Position numbers and translations under genes: made by a program. From a virus: 64,000 nt of DNA. Of this stretch, positions 51,894 through 61,122 are shown one piece after another. The stretch covers positions 60,556-124,555 of IMG/VR virus record IMGVR_UViG_3300032236_001180. One strand, given 5' to 3'. Under the pieces are notes generated by a model. The model was not told the DNA's origin. It worked only from the letters and a program-made list of their open reading frames with translations, and did not search any database. The number at the start of each line of letters is the position of its first letter. The first letter of the stretch is position 1.

Positions 51894-52472
51894 ATGTCTT
51901 CTAAAACTAAAATTATGTCTACCCAAGCAATTGAACTTTTGAAAGAAAAATACGGCACCGAGTTTGGTGCTGATGCCGTAAAACAAGTAGCAGCAGAACT
52001 GAATACTACTTACACTACACTCTCCAAATATCTTCAACCCCATAAAGTGGGAAGGGGCAAATGGAATCTTGAAGTGACGCAAGATAAAATTGATGAACTT
52101 GAAGATGCTTACATCTCTCCTTCTGTTGAACCAATTTCAACTATGAACTCTGTAATCCAAAATCTTATTCCTGAAAAAGATGATACCTTCGTCAGCTTTG
52201 GTAACTTTACTGATGTTAAGAAAGTTATTTCTTCTGGTCTCTTTTACCCTACCTTTATTACTGGTCTCTCTGGTAATGGAAAAACTTTCTCTATTGAACA
52301 AGCTTGTGCTGCTCTGAAACGAGAACTCATTCGTGTCAATATCACAGTTGAGACTGATGAGGATGATTTAATTGGCGGATTCAGGTTAGTCTCTTCAAAA
52401 AAACACACAATCAATTGTAATGATTATATGACCTTGAAGTATAAAGAATGGAAAAAAATTCATAATAAATAA
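51894..52472 (+). CDS. cobS: CobS/MoxR-like AAA+ ATPase, N-terminal half
   Basis: Walker A GLSGNGKT and RVNITVETDEDDLIGGFRLV, then a non-homologous 26-aa tail and stop. Confidence 0.85.
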   Translation: MSSKTKIMSTQAIELLKEKYGTEFGADAVKQVAAELNTTYTTLSKYLQPHKVGRGKWNLEVTQDKIDELEDAYISPSVEPISTMNSVIQNLIPEKDDTFVSFGNFTDVKKVISSGLFYPTFITGLSGNGKTFSIEQACAALKRELIRVNITVETDEDDLIGGFRLVSSKKHTINCNDYMTLKYKEWKKIHNK

Positions 52473-52475
52473 CAG

Positions 52476-52557
52476 TGCTTGTCTGTGGTTATTCAAGCAG
52501 AAAAGGGGCATTTTGCCCCTTTTCTTGTATAAATAGATATAACCACAGTCAAGGCAG
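52476..52557 (+). promoter_or_regulatory. Endonuclease leader: nested hairpin with late promoter
   Basis: CTGTGGTTAT(52483)/ATAACCACAG(52539) arms, inner AAAAGGGGCA-TTT-TGCCCCTTTT hairpin, TATAAATA at 52528. Confidence 0.7.
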
Positions 52558-53562
52558 ATGAATTACTACACTTACGCATTCTTGCGTAAAGACAGAACAC
52601 CTTATTACATAGGAAAAGGAAAAGGTAATAGGGCATATAGAAGAAGATATAAAGGTGAAGTAAGAGCACCAAAAGATAAGTCGAGAATTATTATCCTAAA
52701 ACAAAACTTAACCGAAGAAGAAGCATTTAAGCACGAAATCTATATGATTGCCGTGTTCGGTAGGATAGATTTGGGAACAGGTATTTTGAGAAACAGAACT
52801 AATGGTGGTGAAGGTAGTTCTGGTGTTGTGAGAAGTGATGAATATAGAAAAAATATAAGCAAAATACAAAAAGAACATCATAAAAATAACCCACACAAAA
52901 ACCCAATGTTTAACGCAGATGTTAAATTTAAATGGGAAAAAATCATTCAAAGTGATGAATATAAAAATAAACAATTACAATCTTCATTTAAACGGATAGA
53001 AGTATTTGTTGATGATATTTTATATTTAAGTATCAATGATGCTGTTAAAAAAACTGGTATAAAATATTGGTATTTTGAAGAAAAATTAAAATATACTAAT
53101 AAAATTTACTCTAATGAATATGATGAATGGAATAAAAATAAAAATTCAACAAAACCTTTATGTCTAAAAATAGACGGAAAAGAATATGACTCATTTGGTG
53201 AAGCAATAAAAATAACTAATATTTCTAGAACTTATATAAAAAAGTGTATTGAAAAAAATATTTCAATCACAAAAGAAGGATATGAACATTATAAAAAAAT
53301 ACATAGTCCTAAAAAAATTGAAATAAATGGAAGAACTTTTAATAGTTTAAAAGAAGCTTCCAAATTTACTGGACATAGCACAAAATATTTAAAAAAAAAT
53401 TATTTGGATAAGATACCTAAAAAAAAAAATATTAAAGTAGTCATAATAGAAGGAATAGAGTATTCTAGTATAAGAGAAGCATCAAGAAAAACTAATCTTT
53501 CACGAAGTTTCATAACTAAAAATTATGTCCAGTCGCAGACCACTTCCAGAACTGACCACTAA
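52558..53562 (+). CDS. GIY-YIG-type homing endonuclease inserted in cobS
   Basis: YYTYAFLR..PYYIGKG..R..EAFKHE..LRNRTNGGEG. Four NUMOD1-like repeats (I.G..Y.S..EA...TG/TN). Confidence 0.85.
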   Translation: MNYYTYAFLRKDRTPYYIGKGKGNRAYRRRYKGEVRAPKDKSRIIILKQNLTEEEAFKHEIYMIAVFGRIDLGTGILRNRTNGGEGSSGVVRSDEYRKNISKIQKEHHKNNPHKNPMFNADVKFKWEKIIQSDEYKNKQLQSSFKRIEVFVDDILYLSINDAVKKTGIKYWYFEEKLKYTNKIYSNEYDEWNKNKNSTKPLCLKIDGKEYDSFGEAIKITNISRTYIKKCIEKNISITKEGYEHYKKIHSPKKIEINGRTFNSLKEASKFTGHSTKYLKKNYLDKIPKKKNIKVVIIEGIEYSSIREASRKTNLSRSFITKNYVQSQTTSRTDH

Positions 53563-53619
53563 CCACTCTTTTGCCCCCCAATCCCTGCTATACTTACGAA
53601 GTAAGCAAAAAAGAAACAG

Positions 53620-54354
53620 ATGAACACTATTGCCATTGATGAAGTTGATTTTCATAATTTTCTTGAATGGTCAAGAATTAATGAATATATTCAAGATTAT
53701 GAATATGATATTGTAAATATTGACAATTCCAGTGAAACTGTATGGCACAATGGTCCTGTTGTAGAAGCAATGCAACGTGGTGCGATTCTTCTCTTGGATG
53801 AAATTGACTTGGCATCCAATAAGATTATGTGTCTTCAATCTGTTCTGGAAGGTAAAGGTGTATTCCTGAAAAAAATCGGCACAAATATTACTCCAAAAGC
53901 AGGATTTAATATCTTTGCGACTGCGAATACCAAAGGTAAAGGTAGTGATGATGGTCGTTTTATTGGAACTAATGTCTTGAACGAAGCATTCCTAGAACGT
54001 TTCCCGATTACTTTTGAGCAACAGTATCCTACTATTGCTTATGAAACCAAGATCTTGACGAAAGTTGCGGAGTCTCTTAAAATTCCTATGGTCGGTGAGC
54101 ACACCGATTTCATCAAGCACCTTTGTTCTTGGAGTGATATTATTCGTAAGACCTTCAATGATGGTGGTATTGATGAAGTTATCTCTACTCGTCGTTTGGT
54201 TCATATTATCAAATCTTATTCTATCTTTGGTAAGAAAGATAAAGCAATTAAAGTTTGCTTGAATCGTTTTGATGATGAAACAAAACAAACTTTTATTGAA
54301 TTGTATGACAAAATTGACGCAGAATTTGACCAAACCAAAACAGAAGAAGGTTAA
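53620..54354 (+). CDS. cobS: CobS/MoxR-like AAA+ ATPase, C-terminal half
   Basis: 38-aa novel head, then ETVWHNGPVVEAM, Walker B LLLDEID, sensor TAN, AFLERF and ISTRRL. Confidence 0.85.
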   Translation: MNTIAIDEVDFHNFLEWSRINEYIQDYEYDIVNIDNSSETVWHNGPVVEAMQRGAILLLDEIDLASNKIMCLQSVLEGKGVFLKKIGTNITPKAGFNIFATANTKGKGSDDGRFIGTNVLNEAFLERFPITFEQQYPTIAYETKILTKVAESLKIPMVGEHTDFIKHLCSWSDIIRKTFNDGGIDEVISTRRLVHIIKSYSIFGKKDKAIKVCLNRFDDETKQTFIELYDKIDAEFDQTKTEEG

Positions 54355-54401
54355 TTCCTTTTTCTCTGCTATATACACATAACCCCTTGTAAATTCTTCT
54401 T

Positions 54402-54542
54402 ATGACTTCACTTTTTGTAGAAATGGACCAAGACGCAATCTATGAATTTTTGGAGGAAAATCAGTTTGATGACATTGAGGATGAATATCCCGAATATCGG
54501 GAAGATAGAATGGAACAAATGATCTCACGTCACGGGTATTGA
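54402..54542 (+). CDS. Small acidic hypothetical protein
   Basis: 46-aa ORF MTSLFVEMDQDAIYEFLEE..., read directly (below track cutoff). Confidence 0.5.
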   Translation: MTSLFVEMDQDAIYEFLEENQFDDIEDEYPEYREDRMEQMISRHGY

Positions 54543-54543
54543 T

Positions 54544-54699
54544 ATGAAAGACATCAAACTTACAAAAGAACAAGAACCAAAGGGACTTAGAAGAAAAGAA
54601 GATATGGAGCAATTCGCAAAGTATCTTGGAATTGATTACGATGACTTTTTGGATTTTACAAACGAAAAGGACATTGACTTTGACGATTATTCGTCATAA
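54544..54699 (+). CDS. Small hypothetical protein
   Basis: 51-aa ORF MKDIKLTKEQ..FAKYLGIDYDDF, 1 nt after the previous stop. Confidence 0.55.
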   Translation: MKDIKLTKEQEPKGLRRKEDMEQFAKYLGIDYDDFLDFTNEKDIDFDDYSS

Positions 54700-54702
54700 A
54701 AT
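54674..54702 (+). promoter_or_regulatory. Sigma70-like promoter upstream of tRNA
   Basis: TTGACT-17 nt-TAAAAT. Confidence 0.55.
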
Positions 54703-54726
54703 TTGGGGGAGTTTCTCCTCTTTTAT

Positions 54727-54798
54727 GGGCACGTAACTCAGTGGAAGAGTATCCGCCTTCTAAGCGGTTTGTCGGGGGTTCAAATCCCTCCGTGCCTG
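54727..54798 (+). tRNA. tRNA-Arg(TCT)
   Basis: Acceptor GGGCACG/CGTGCCT, D arm ACTC/GAGT, anticodon arm CCGC-CT-TCT-AA-GCGG, T arm GGGGG-TTCAAAT-CCCTC. No encoded CCA. Confidence 0.93.
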
Positions 54799-54815
54799 CT
54801 TCCCACATAATTATT

Positions 54816-54974
54816 ATGAACACAGATTCCTATGTAAGTCCAGACCGTATGTGGGCAGTAATTCCATATGGTAAAAAGTTTATGTCCATATATAATGGAC
54901 AGCAAATGAATGTTCACACTTCAATTGAAACAGCAAAAAAATTTATTCAAAAGGAACTTCGTAAACCAAAATGA
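54816..54974 (+). CDS. Small hypothetical protein
   Basis: MNTDSYVSPDRMWAVIPYG. Start placed downstream of the tRNA. Confidence 0.6.
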   Translation: MNTDSYVSPDRMWAVIPYGKKFMSIYNGQQMNVHTSIETAKKFIQKELRKPK

Positions 54975-55219
54975 TTAGTCTAATTGAAACTGTTCAGGTG
55001 AACAAAAATACAGTTTTTGTTCGTGCTGTTGTAGAAGATATGCTGGAAATTTATCCAGCAACACAATATGACCCACCAGAATATGGACCTGCCGTATGTG
55101 AAACTGAATTTGAATTAAATGAAGATGAAGTTCTTCCAGAAAATGAAGAAGAACTAATTGACTATTTGAATGAACTTTCCTTAGATTGGTTAGTTCTGGA
55201 CAAAGATTGGAACTACTAG
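54971..55219 (+). CDS. Acidic hypothetical protein
   Basis: ATGA overlap. AVVED..PATQYDPPEYGPAVC motif. Confidence 0.7.
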   Translation: MISLIETVQVNKNTVFVRAVVEDMLEIYPATQYDPPEYGPAVCETEFELNEDEVLPENEEELIDYLNELSLDWLVLDKDWNY

Positions 55220-55384
55220 GAGAAAAACATTGACAAACAAACTGGAACAGGCAATTGATTTAATGCTAGAAGATTTACACACAAAACATCACGAAATACG
55301 AGTTCGTGCTTTGGAACTTGGATGTAATGAAGAATTAGAAGACATCAAATTTCAGTTAGTGAATTATCTTTATGGATTAAAAGA

Positions 55385-55621
55385 ATGAATCCATATTATG
55401 CTTGGTTGATTATATTTGGAATCTTCGCATACTTTATTGCGATAGACCAGAGTATTGCGACTTATGTGGTATTATTATGGAAACAAACTAGATTGAAATA
55501 CGAAAAGTATAAGTGGTGGTTGATGAATAATCCTCGCAATCCCATAGTTAAATATATGTTAGATAGAAAGTATTTGAAACTTGCCAAAGAACTTGAAAAA
55601 GAAATGGAACGTAAATCCTGA
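55385..55621 (+). CDS. Small membrane protein
   Basis: N-terminal hydrophobic helix, WWLMNNPRNPIV. Confidence 0.65.
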   Translation: MNPYYAWLIIFGIFAYFIAIDQSIATYVVLLWKQTRLKYEKYKWWLMNNPRNPIVKYMLDRKYLKLAKELEKEMERKS

Positions 55622-55798
55622 ATCATCCACAACAATTGCTAGACTTTTAAGTGAATTGGAAGGATGCTCTTATATTTTGGATTGTATTGATGAACAAGAC
55701 CATCAAATTATTCGTGATATGATTTCCAAGTATTATAAGATTTACTTTGAACAAAAGAAAATAGAATCATCCAAAGATAAATAATCAAAAAGTTTCAA

Positions 55799-55981
55799 AT
55801 GAAAAGTTTTAAAGAATTTCAAGAACAAGTTGAAACCGCACAGGAAATACAAAAAAGTAAAGTAGAAAGAAATACACAATATATTAAAGCACAAATTCAA
55901 GCAGGAAAAGCACACAGAAAACACGTTCACAATGAACTTGCTTCCAAAGCAAGAGAGGAAAGACAAGACCTTTACAAATAA
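55799..55981 (+). CDS. Small protein with MKSFKEF N-terminus
   Basis: MK(S/T)FxxF start, common in T4-like head-packaged late proteins. TAAATA at about 55778. Confidence 0.6.
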   Translation: MKSFKEFQEQVETAQEIQKSKVERNTQYIKAQIQAGKAHRKHVHNELASKAREERQDLYK

Positions 55982-56074
55982 ATGTGAGACCACTTCTTCA
56001 ACTGGCACAAGACTCCTTGCGTCCAGACCTTAAATGCCTTATACTAACCTTGTACTAAACAAAAACACTTCATT

Positions 56075-56425
56075 ATGGGTACTACTGCTTCTCTTTCTAC
56101 GATTGAAATCAATGGTGTGACTTATGCCCCCGTTGGTTCTGGTTCTAATAACACTCTTCCTACTGGAAATCGTCACGTCGTTGTGATTGACCGAGGATGG
56201 ATTGTTGCTGGTGATGTTTCCACTGACGAAGAATCAGAATCTTTGAGTGATATTATCGTCTCCAACGCAGTTCATGTCTTCCGTTGGGAATCCATTGGAT
56301 TTGCCGGTGTTCTAAAAGACCCCAAGAGTTCCAAAGTCACTTTGATGGATTTGCCTTATCCCGTAAAAGTTCCTGCTGGTTCCGTAATCTTCCAAGTTCC
56401 TGTTCCTGCTGACTGGGGCAAGTGA
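56075..56425 (+). CDS. Hypothetical protein, possibly DUF6948-like beta-barrel
   Basis: IEINGVTYAP..HVVVIDRGWIVAG..NAVHVFRW..GF. Follows a palindrome promoter. Confidence 0.65.
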   Translation: MGTTASLSTIEINGVTYAPVGSGSNNTLPTGNRHVVVIDRGWIVAGDVSTDEESESLSDIIVSNAVHVFRWESIGFAGVLKDPKSSKVTLMDLPYPVKVPAGSVIFQVPVPADWGK

Positions 56426-56445
56426 TTTATCTTTAATTCTTTTTC

Positions 56446-56475
56446 GGGGAGGGGGGAAACTCCTCCCCTTTTTCT
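56446..56475 (+). terminator. Intrinsic terminator-like hairpin
   Basis: GGGGAGGGG-GGAA-ACTCCTCCCC followed by TTTTTCTTT. Confidence 0.6.
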
Positions 56476-56490
56476 TTATGGAGAACTAAA

Positions 56491-56792
56491 ATGACTGAAT
56501 TCCTTTATCCCGTTGGTAATGGTTATGGTGATGGATATGGTATTGGTTATGGTAATGGGTATGGTGGTGGATGTGGTGATGGTAATGGTTATGGATATGG
56601 TAATGGTTATGGTTATGGTTCTGGATATGGATATGGTTATGGTAATGGACGTGGTACTGGATATGGTTATGATAATGGTGATGGTTATGGTTATGTTGTG
56701 ATGGATATGTTAATGGTAATGGATGTGGATATGGTGATGGATATGGTTGTGCCACAATATCCACATCAACAACAACTCGTAGGAGGCACTAA
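56491..56792 (+). pseudogene. Gly-Tyr repeat gene copy 1, frameshifted near 56697
   Basis: MTEFLYPVGNGYG start. The homologous C-terminus (GCATISTSTTTRRRH*) lies in another frame. Confidence 0.6.
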
Positions 56793-56794
56793 AA

Positions 56795-57034
56795 ATGACT
56801 GAATACTATTATCCTGTTGGTAATGGTTATGATGATGGATATGGTGATGGATATGATTATGGATATGGTTATGGTAATGGACGTGGTAATGGTTATTGTT
56901 ATGGTTATAGATATGGTGATGAATATAGTGGTGGATATGGTGATGGATATGGGTATGGTGATGGTTATGGTTATGGTGATGGATATGGTTATGGTGGTGG
57001 TACAATATCCACAAGAACTCGTAGGAGGCACTAG
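56795..57034 (+). CDS. Gly-Tyr repeat protein copy 2
   Basis: MTEYYYPVG-(G[Y/D/N])n-TISTRTRRRH with SD AGGAGG. Confidence 0.7.
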   Translation: MTEYYYPVGNGYDDGYGDGYDYGYGYGNGRGNGYCYGYRYGDEYSGGYGDGYGYGDGYGYGDGYGYGGGTISTRTRRRH

Positions 57035-57036
57035 AA

Positions 57037-57327
57037 ATGACTGAATTCTTTTATCCCGTTGGTTGTGGTAATGGTAATGGATTTGGTAATGGTGATGATG
57101 TGTATGGATATGGTGGTGGATATGGTGATGGGTATAGTAATGGATATGGTGATGGATATGGTAATGGATTTGGTGATGGTGATGAATATGGAGGTGGTGG
57201 TGGTGATGGGTCTGGTGCTGGACGTTGTTATGGGTCTGGTAATGGATATGGATATGGATATGGCAATGGTAATGGATTTGGTGGTGGCAGTGCTACAATA
57301 TCCACAAGAACTCGTAGGAGGTGCTAA
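57037..57327 (+). CDS. Gly-Tyr repeat protein copy 3
   Basis: MTEFFYPVG-(Gx)n-ATISTRTRRRC with SD AGGAGG. Confidence 0.7.
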   Translation: MTEFFYPVGCGNGNGFGNGDDVYGYGGGYGDGYSNGYGDGYGNGFGDGDEYGGGGGDGSGAGRCYGSGNGYGYGYGNGNGFGGGSATISTRTRRRC

Positions 57328-57329
57328 AA

Positions 57330-57491
57330 ATGTATAACAAATATGCCGTAGTCCTCTCTTCAATCGTAGATGGTGCGACTGTAAGCATCCAATTCTTAGT
57401 CAATAGTGATATGACTGCGAAACAATTGCGTTCTTTTTATTTGTGTAAAGGTAGTGTTTCTGTGAGTGATGTTTATGTGGAAAAAGTATGA
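57330..57491 (+). CDS. Small hypothetical protein
   Basis: 53-aa ORF MYNKYAVVLSSIVDG... with SD AGGAGG. ATGA overlap with the next gene. Confidence 0.55.
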   Translation: MYNKYAVVLSSIVDGATVSIQFLVNSDMTAKQLRSFYLCKGSVSVSDVYVEKV

Positions 57492-57724
57492 GAACACTAA
57501 ATGAATTGAAAGTAGGTGAAACTTCAAAAATTCGTGGATGGATTTATGATAATGATGTATTATATGATTCAGTGACAAGAAGAATGAATGCTCTTGGATT
57601 GGATGTTGATAACGAAGTAAAAGTTCTTCGTAAAGGTTGGTTTCGTCCCATACATTTACAAGTAGGAATGACTGAAATCTTTATTCGTACAAAAGATGCT
57701 AAAAACATTTTGGTAGATTGGTGA
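57488..57724 (+). CDS. feoA: FeoA family (SH3-like) protein
   Basis: MRTLNELKVGE...RRMNALGL....VKVLRK...PIHLQV...I.IR..DAKNILV matches the FeoA pattern. Confidence 0.75.
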   Translation: MRTLNELKVGETSKIRGWIYDNDVLYDSVTRRMNALGLDVDNEVKVLRKGWFRPIHLQVGMTEIFIRTKDAKNILVDW

Positions 57725-57800
57725 CACTTGACGAACTGGCACAAGAGAACTGCCAATCCCCCGAAAATGCCCTATAATATGTAAGTTACTTGATGGACTG

Positions 57801-58121
57801 ATGAACAGATTTAGTTCCACTATCGGCACAGTTTCCGCACTATTAACCATTGGTGTGACAGTCGCAACTGTGTATTATAATATTGAAAACAAAAAACACG
57901 AAGACCAATCACAACAACAACAAATTGAACAACTTCAACGAAAACTGAATGAGAAACCAGCAGTAGTGGTAGAACCTTCTGTTCCTGCTCCTGTTGTTCC
58001 TACTGAACCTGCTACTCCTCCTGCTCCGGTTCTTCCCCCATCAAATACCCCTGCCCCTCCTGTGGTTCCTGTGGTTCCAGTGGCACCTACATTACCCTCA
58101 CAAAATGGAGAAATTAAATGA
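57801..58121 (+). CDS. Membrane-anchored Pro-rich protein
   Basis: N-terminal TM helix, Gln-rich coil, Pro/Val-rich tail. Confidence 0.6.
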   Translation: MNRFSSTIGTVSALLTIGVTVATVYYNIENKKHEDQSQQQQIEQLQRKLNEKPAVVVEPSVPAPVVPTEPATPPAPVLPPSNTPAPPVVPVVPVAPTLPSQNGEIK

Positions 58122-61088
58122 TTTACCTTGATAGTTTTGGTGGCAAGATTGGAAACATTATGTGGCAAAACACTTGGAATGAACTATGGGGACACACTGG
58201 ATTTTGGGAAAAAAATCCAGGAGAAAAAGGTCGTTTCACTCTTTGGGGTATTCGTCCTCGTCACAAAAACAATGGAGAAACTAAATGACTGAATATGAAA
58301 AAGACGGTTTTAATGCTCTTGCTATTGTGCTTGCGTTTGTCTTTTTTACTGGTATTATGTTTATAGGGGCAGGAAGGTCGGACTACACACTAAGAACCAA
58401 TAACTATCAAACTGCCCTAAAAATGATTACAGAGTGTAGAGTTCAGGCAAAACTAAATCCTGATAAGATTTGTGGTAAAATTCCTACCTGGGAGCAATAC
58501 AAATGATTTTTTCAAGGGCACTATTAGGAACTGATAAAAAGAAAACTAAACTTTCTTGGGTTGAATATATTTGGTTTTCTTGTATATGTCAGGGGTGGGC
58601 AAACTGTTGGTATGCCTTTCAGAATTGGGTAGATTTGATGAAGGACGACTACCAGGAATACGCACTTCTTGTATCTGATGACCCTTTGGAGCAGTGTATT
58701 TTATACTTCTGGGATAGTTTAGAGGATGATATTTATCCCAAAGAGTTCCTTGAATATCTGATGGGAATGGCAGACGAAGTTATGAGTGGAAAGGTGAAAA
58801 CTTATCCAATAGATGAAGTTTTTGATAGAGTTAAAAAAGAACTTACTGATTATGAATAAATTAAAATTAACCGAAGAACAACAAAAATTCCTTAAAAATA
58901 ATTTCAATAATTTTTCAGAAGAACTTATAAATTCCACTTTTCAATCTGTGATTGGTGGGGAACGGGAGTTAAAAGATTTTTGTACTATGGAAGGCATTGA
59001 GAGGCAACTCACAAGAGCAAATGATTATAATATGAATAGTTCTTTAATATTTTATGCTCATATGTATTATCCAGCAAAATGGAGAATTGAAAAAATGATA
59101 GTAACTAAACCTACCGCAGATGATGAACAAACCTGAATTTCCAAAACCAAGACTAATTCGTGAGGACTTTATGCCAGAAAAAGACATTACAACAGAATAC
59201 CGCATCAAAAAAATCACAAAAGGTGATATGATATATTTCCGTGCTCAAAGAGAATTTCTTTGGTGGTGGATTGATATTTATTATGAGACTGAATGGTATG
59301 AATTGGTAGTTCAATATATCAACGAAGATATTGTCAAGAGGACAAAACCTGTAATAGAATATCTTGATGTGACACCTGACGAACTGGCACCAAGAACTCC
59401 CAATCCCCCACCAAAGAACCCATAATACTCTTATAAGAAACCAAACCGATGAAATTTGAATTCAACTTTGTAAAAAAAGGGGTGTTTAACCTACCAAAAA
59501 CTGATTGGTGGGATTTTGACCCAAACGACCACATAGAAATTCAACCACATTGGACTATGGCACATTTGGCAGTAGAAATGGAATTATTCCCATCAGTTTC
59601 TATCGCAAGAAAAAACGGTTGGAATGAACCAATACCAAGAGGATACACAGAGAAAAGGAACATTGGCAAAATGAAAAAGTCTATGTTTATTCACAATCCA
59701 TCTGATGAATTTATTAACAATCCTGAATGGGGTAAAGACTAATGCGTCCAAATACCTATGTAATTCTTCAACGAGCAGTAGAAGAAGGAGCACTTCTTGG
59801 ATACCGAAAGGCATTCAAACGAGTTGAGAATCCAACAGAAGAACAAATTGTAGAAGCACTTACAGACGCAATAATGCTGACTGTAAGTGAAGTATTTGAT
59901 TTCCCCCATCAATCAGGAGATAGTTATTTGTGATGACTGAACTTTATATTTTGAAATGTGAAATTGAAGAAACCAAAATAGAACTTCAACAGAGCATTGA
60001 AAGAACGGAAAGAATTAAAAAACGACTTACGGTTCTGAAAGAAAAACTTTTAGAAATGGTTGGATCTGATGACCACAAAAATAGAGTATAAAAAATGAAA
60101 AAGTGTAAGACCTGTAAGCACTGGGATTATCAGGGTTTTAGAATGGGTAAGTGTTCTGGTATTCTGGCAAGTGCTCTGTTGATTGCAATTCCCAACCAAC
60201 CAAAAGGCAAACCCGATGGTAAAATGATTATGAGAGAAGGCATCACCACCAATTCAGATTTTGTGATAACAACTGAAAACTGGAACTGTAAAAATTGGAG
60301 TATGAAATGATTGATTTAAGTATCCTTGAACGACAATCAAATCTAAAATGTTGGTGTCAGGAATGTTGTAAAAAAGAAACAGGGGAATATAATGCTATTC
60401 GTGTAGTTGTATGTCCTGATTGTGGAAACAAACGATGCCCCCGAGCAACAAATCACGAGTTAGAATGTACAAATAGTAATGAACCGGGTCAAGAAGGGAG
60501 TATTTATTGAGGTATTATGAAATTTTATTACGACCGAGATTCACTTGAACTTATACATAATTTCATTTTTAGTTTAACTGAAAATGAAATCCGAAAAGTT
60601 TATCATAAGCACGGAGCATCTTATAATGATAGAGTATTTTTAGACCCATTAACATCAGAAACCTATAAAATCGGTCATTCTATCAGACTAATTCATGATA
60701 CTTTTACTGATGATGGTAAAGTTTATTTGGGTATTGATTACAAAAAAAAGTATGAGGAACTTGTAGAACTTCTAAAACCTTATAAACTTGAAGATGATAT
60801 GTCTCCTTCAACAACTCTCAAAATGATTTTGAAGTATCAGGTAAAATAATTATGATGGAATTTTTTGTTATCATGGTAAAAAGGCAAGATTGTAAAGTAT
60901 ATGCTGACTTACATAAAGCAACTGAAAAAATCTATCTTACTTATGAGGATGCCGAAAAAGAACTAAACGAATGTGGATTATATGGAGACTACTTCTATAA
61001 AAATTACTTCCATATTGTAAGACTTATTGCTTGTTTGCCAGAGACACTTGACGAACTGGCACAAGAGCACTCCCCAGATGCCCCTTGA
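58118..61088 (+). other. Cluster of small translationally coupled hypothetical ORFs
   Basis: ORFs at 58118, 58285, 58503, 58852, 59120, 59449, 59742, 59933, 60095, 60307, 60517 and 60852, mostly with overlapping or near-adjacent stop/start codons. 60307-60510 has Zn-binding CWCxxC..CPDCGNKRCPRATNH. Confidence 0.65.
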
Positions 61089-61122
61089 TGGGTTATAATA
61101 TTCTTATACGCACAAACGACTG

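Noticed and set aside
52390-53735. Split intein in cobS (N-tail begins with Ser; C-head ends ..DN|S)
   Set aside because: The two extra segments total only about 62 aa, far below a HINT domain, and lack block B (TxxH) and a penultimate His. Not supported, though only MS could fully exclude splicing.
52390-53735. Group I intron interrupting cobS
   Set aside because: The non-coding gaps (about 85 and 57 nt) are too short and are explained by a hairpin/late promoter and a dyad promoter. No P7-like core was seen, and the C-half has its own promoter and start.
49562-54354. Cobalamin biosynthesis role for the cobS/cobT-like pair
   Set aside because: No cobN in the window. The motifs support only a MoxR-type AAA+/VWA chaperone pair, so cobS is used as a family label.
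54741-54815. ORF start inside the tRNA
   Set aside because: It overlaps tRNA-Arg. The likely start is ATG 54816.
56486-57363. His-rich, (IT)n and (MV/MD)n ORFs in other frames or strand
   Set aside because: These are shadow frames of the GGN-NAT repeat. Only the GY frame has SD sites and conserved termini.
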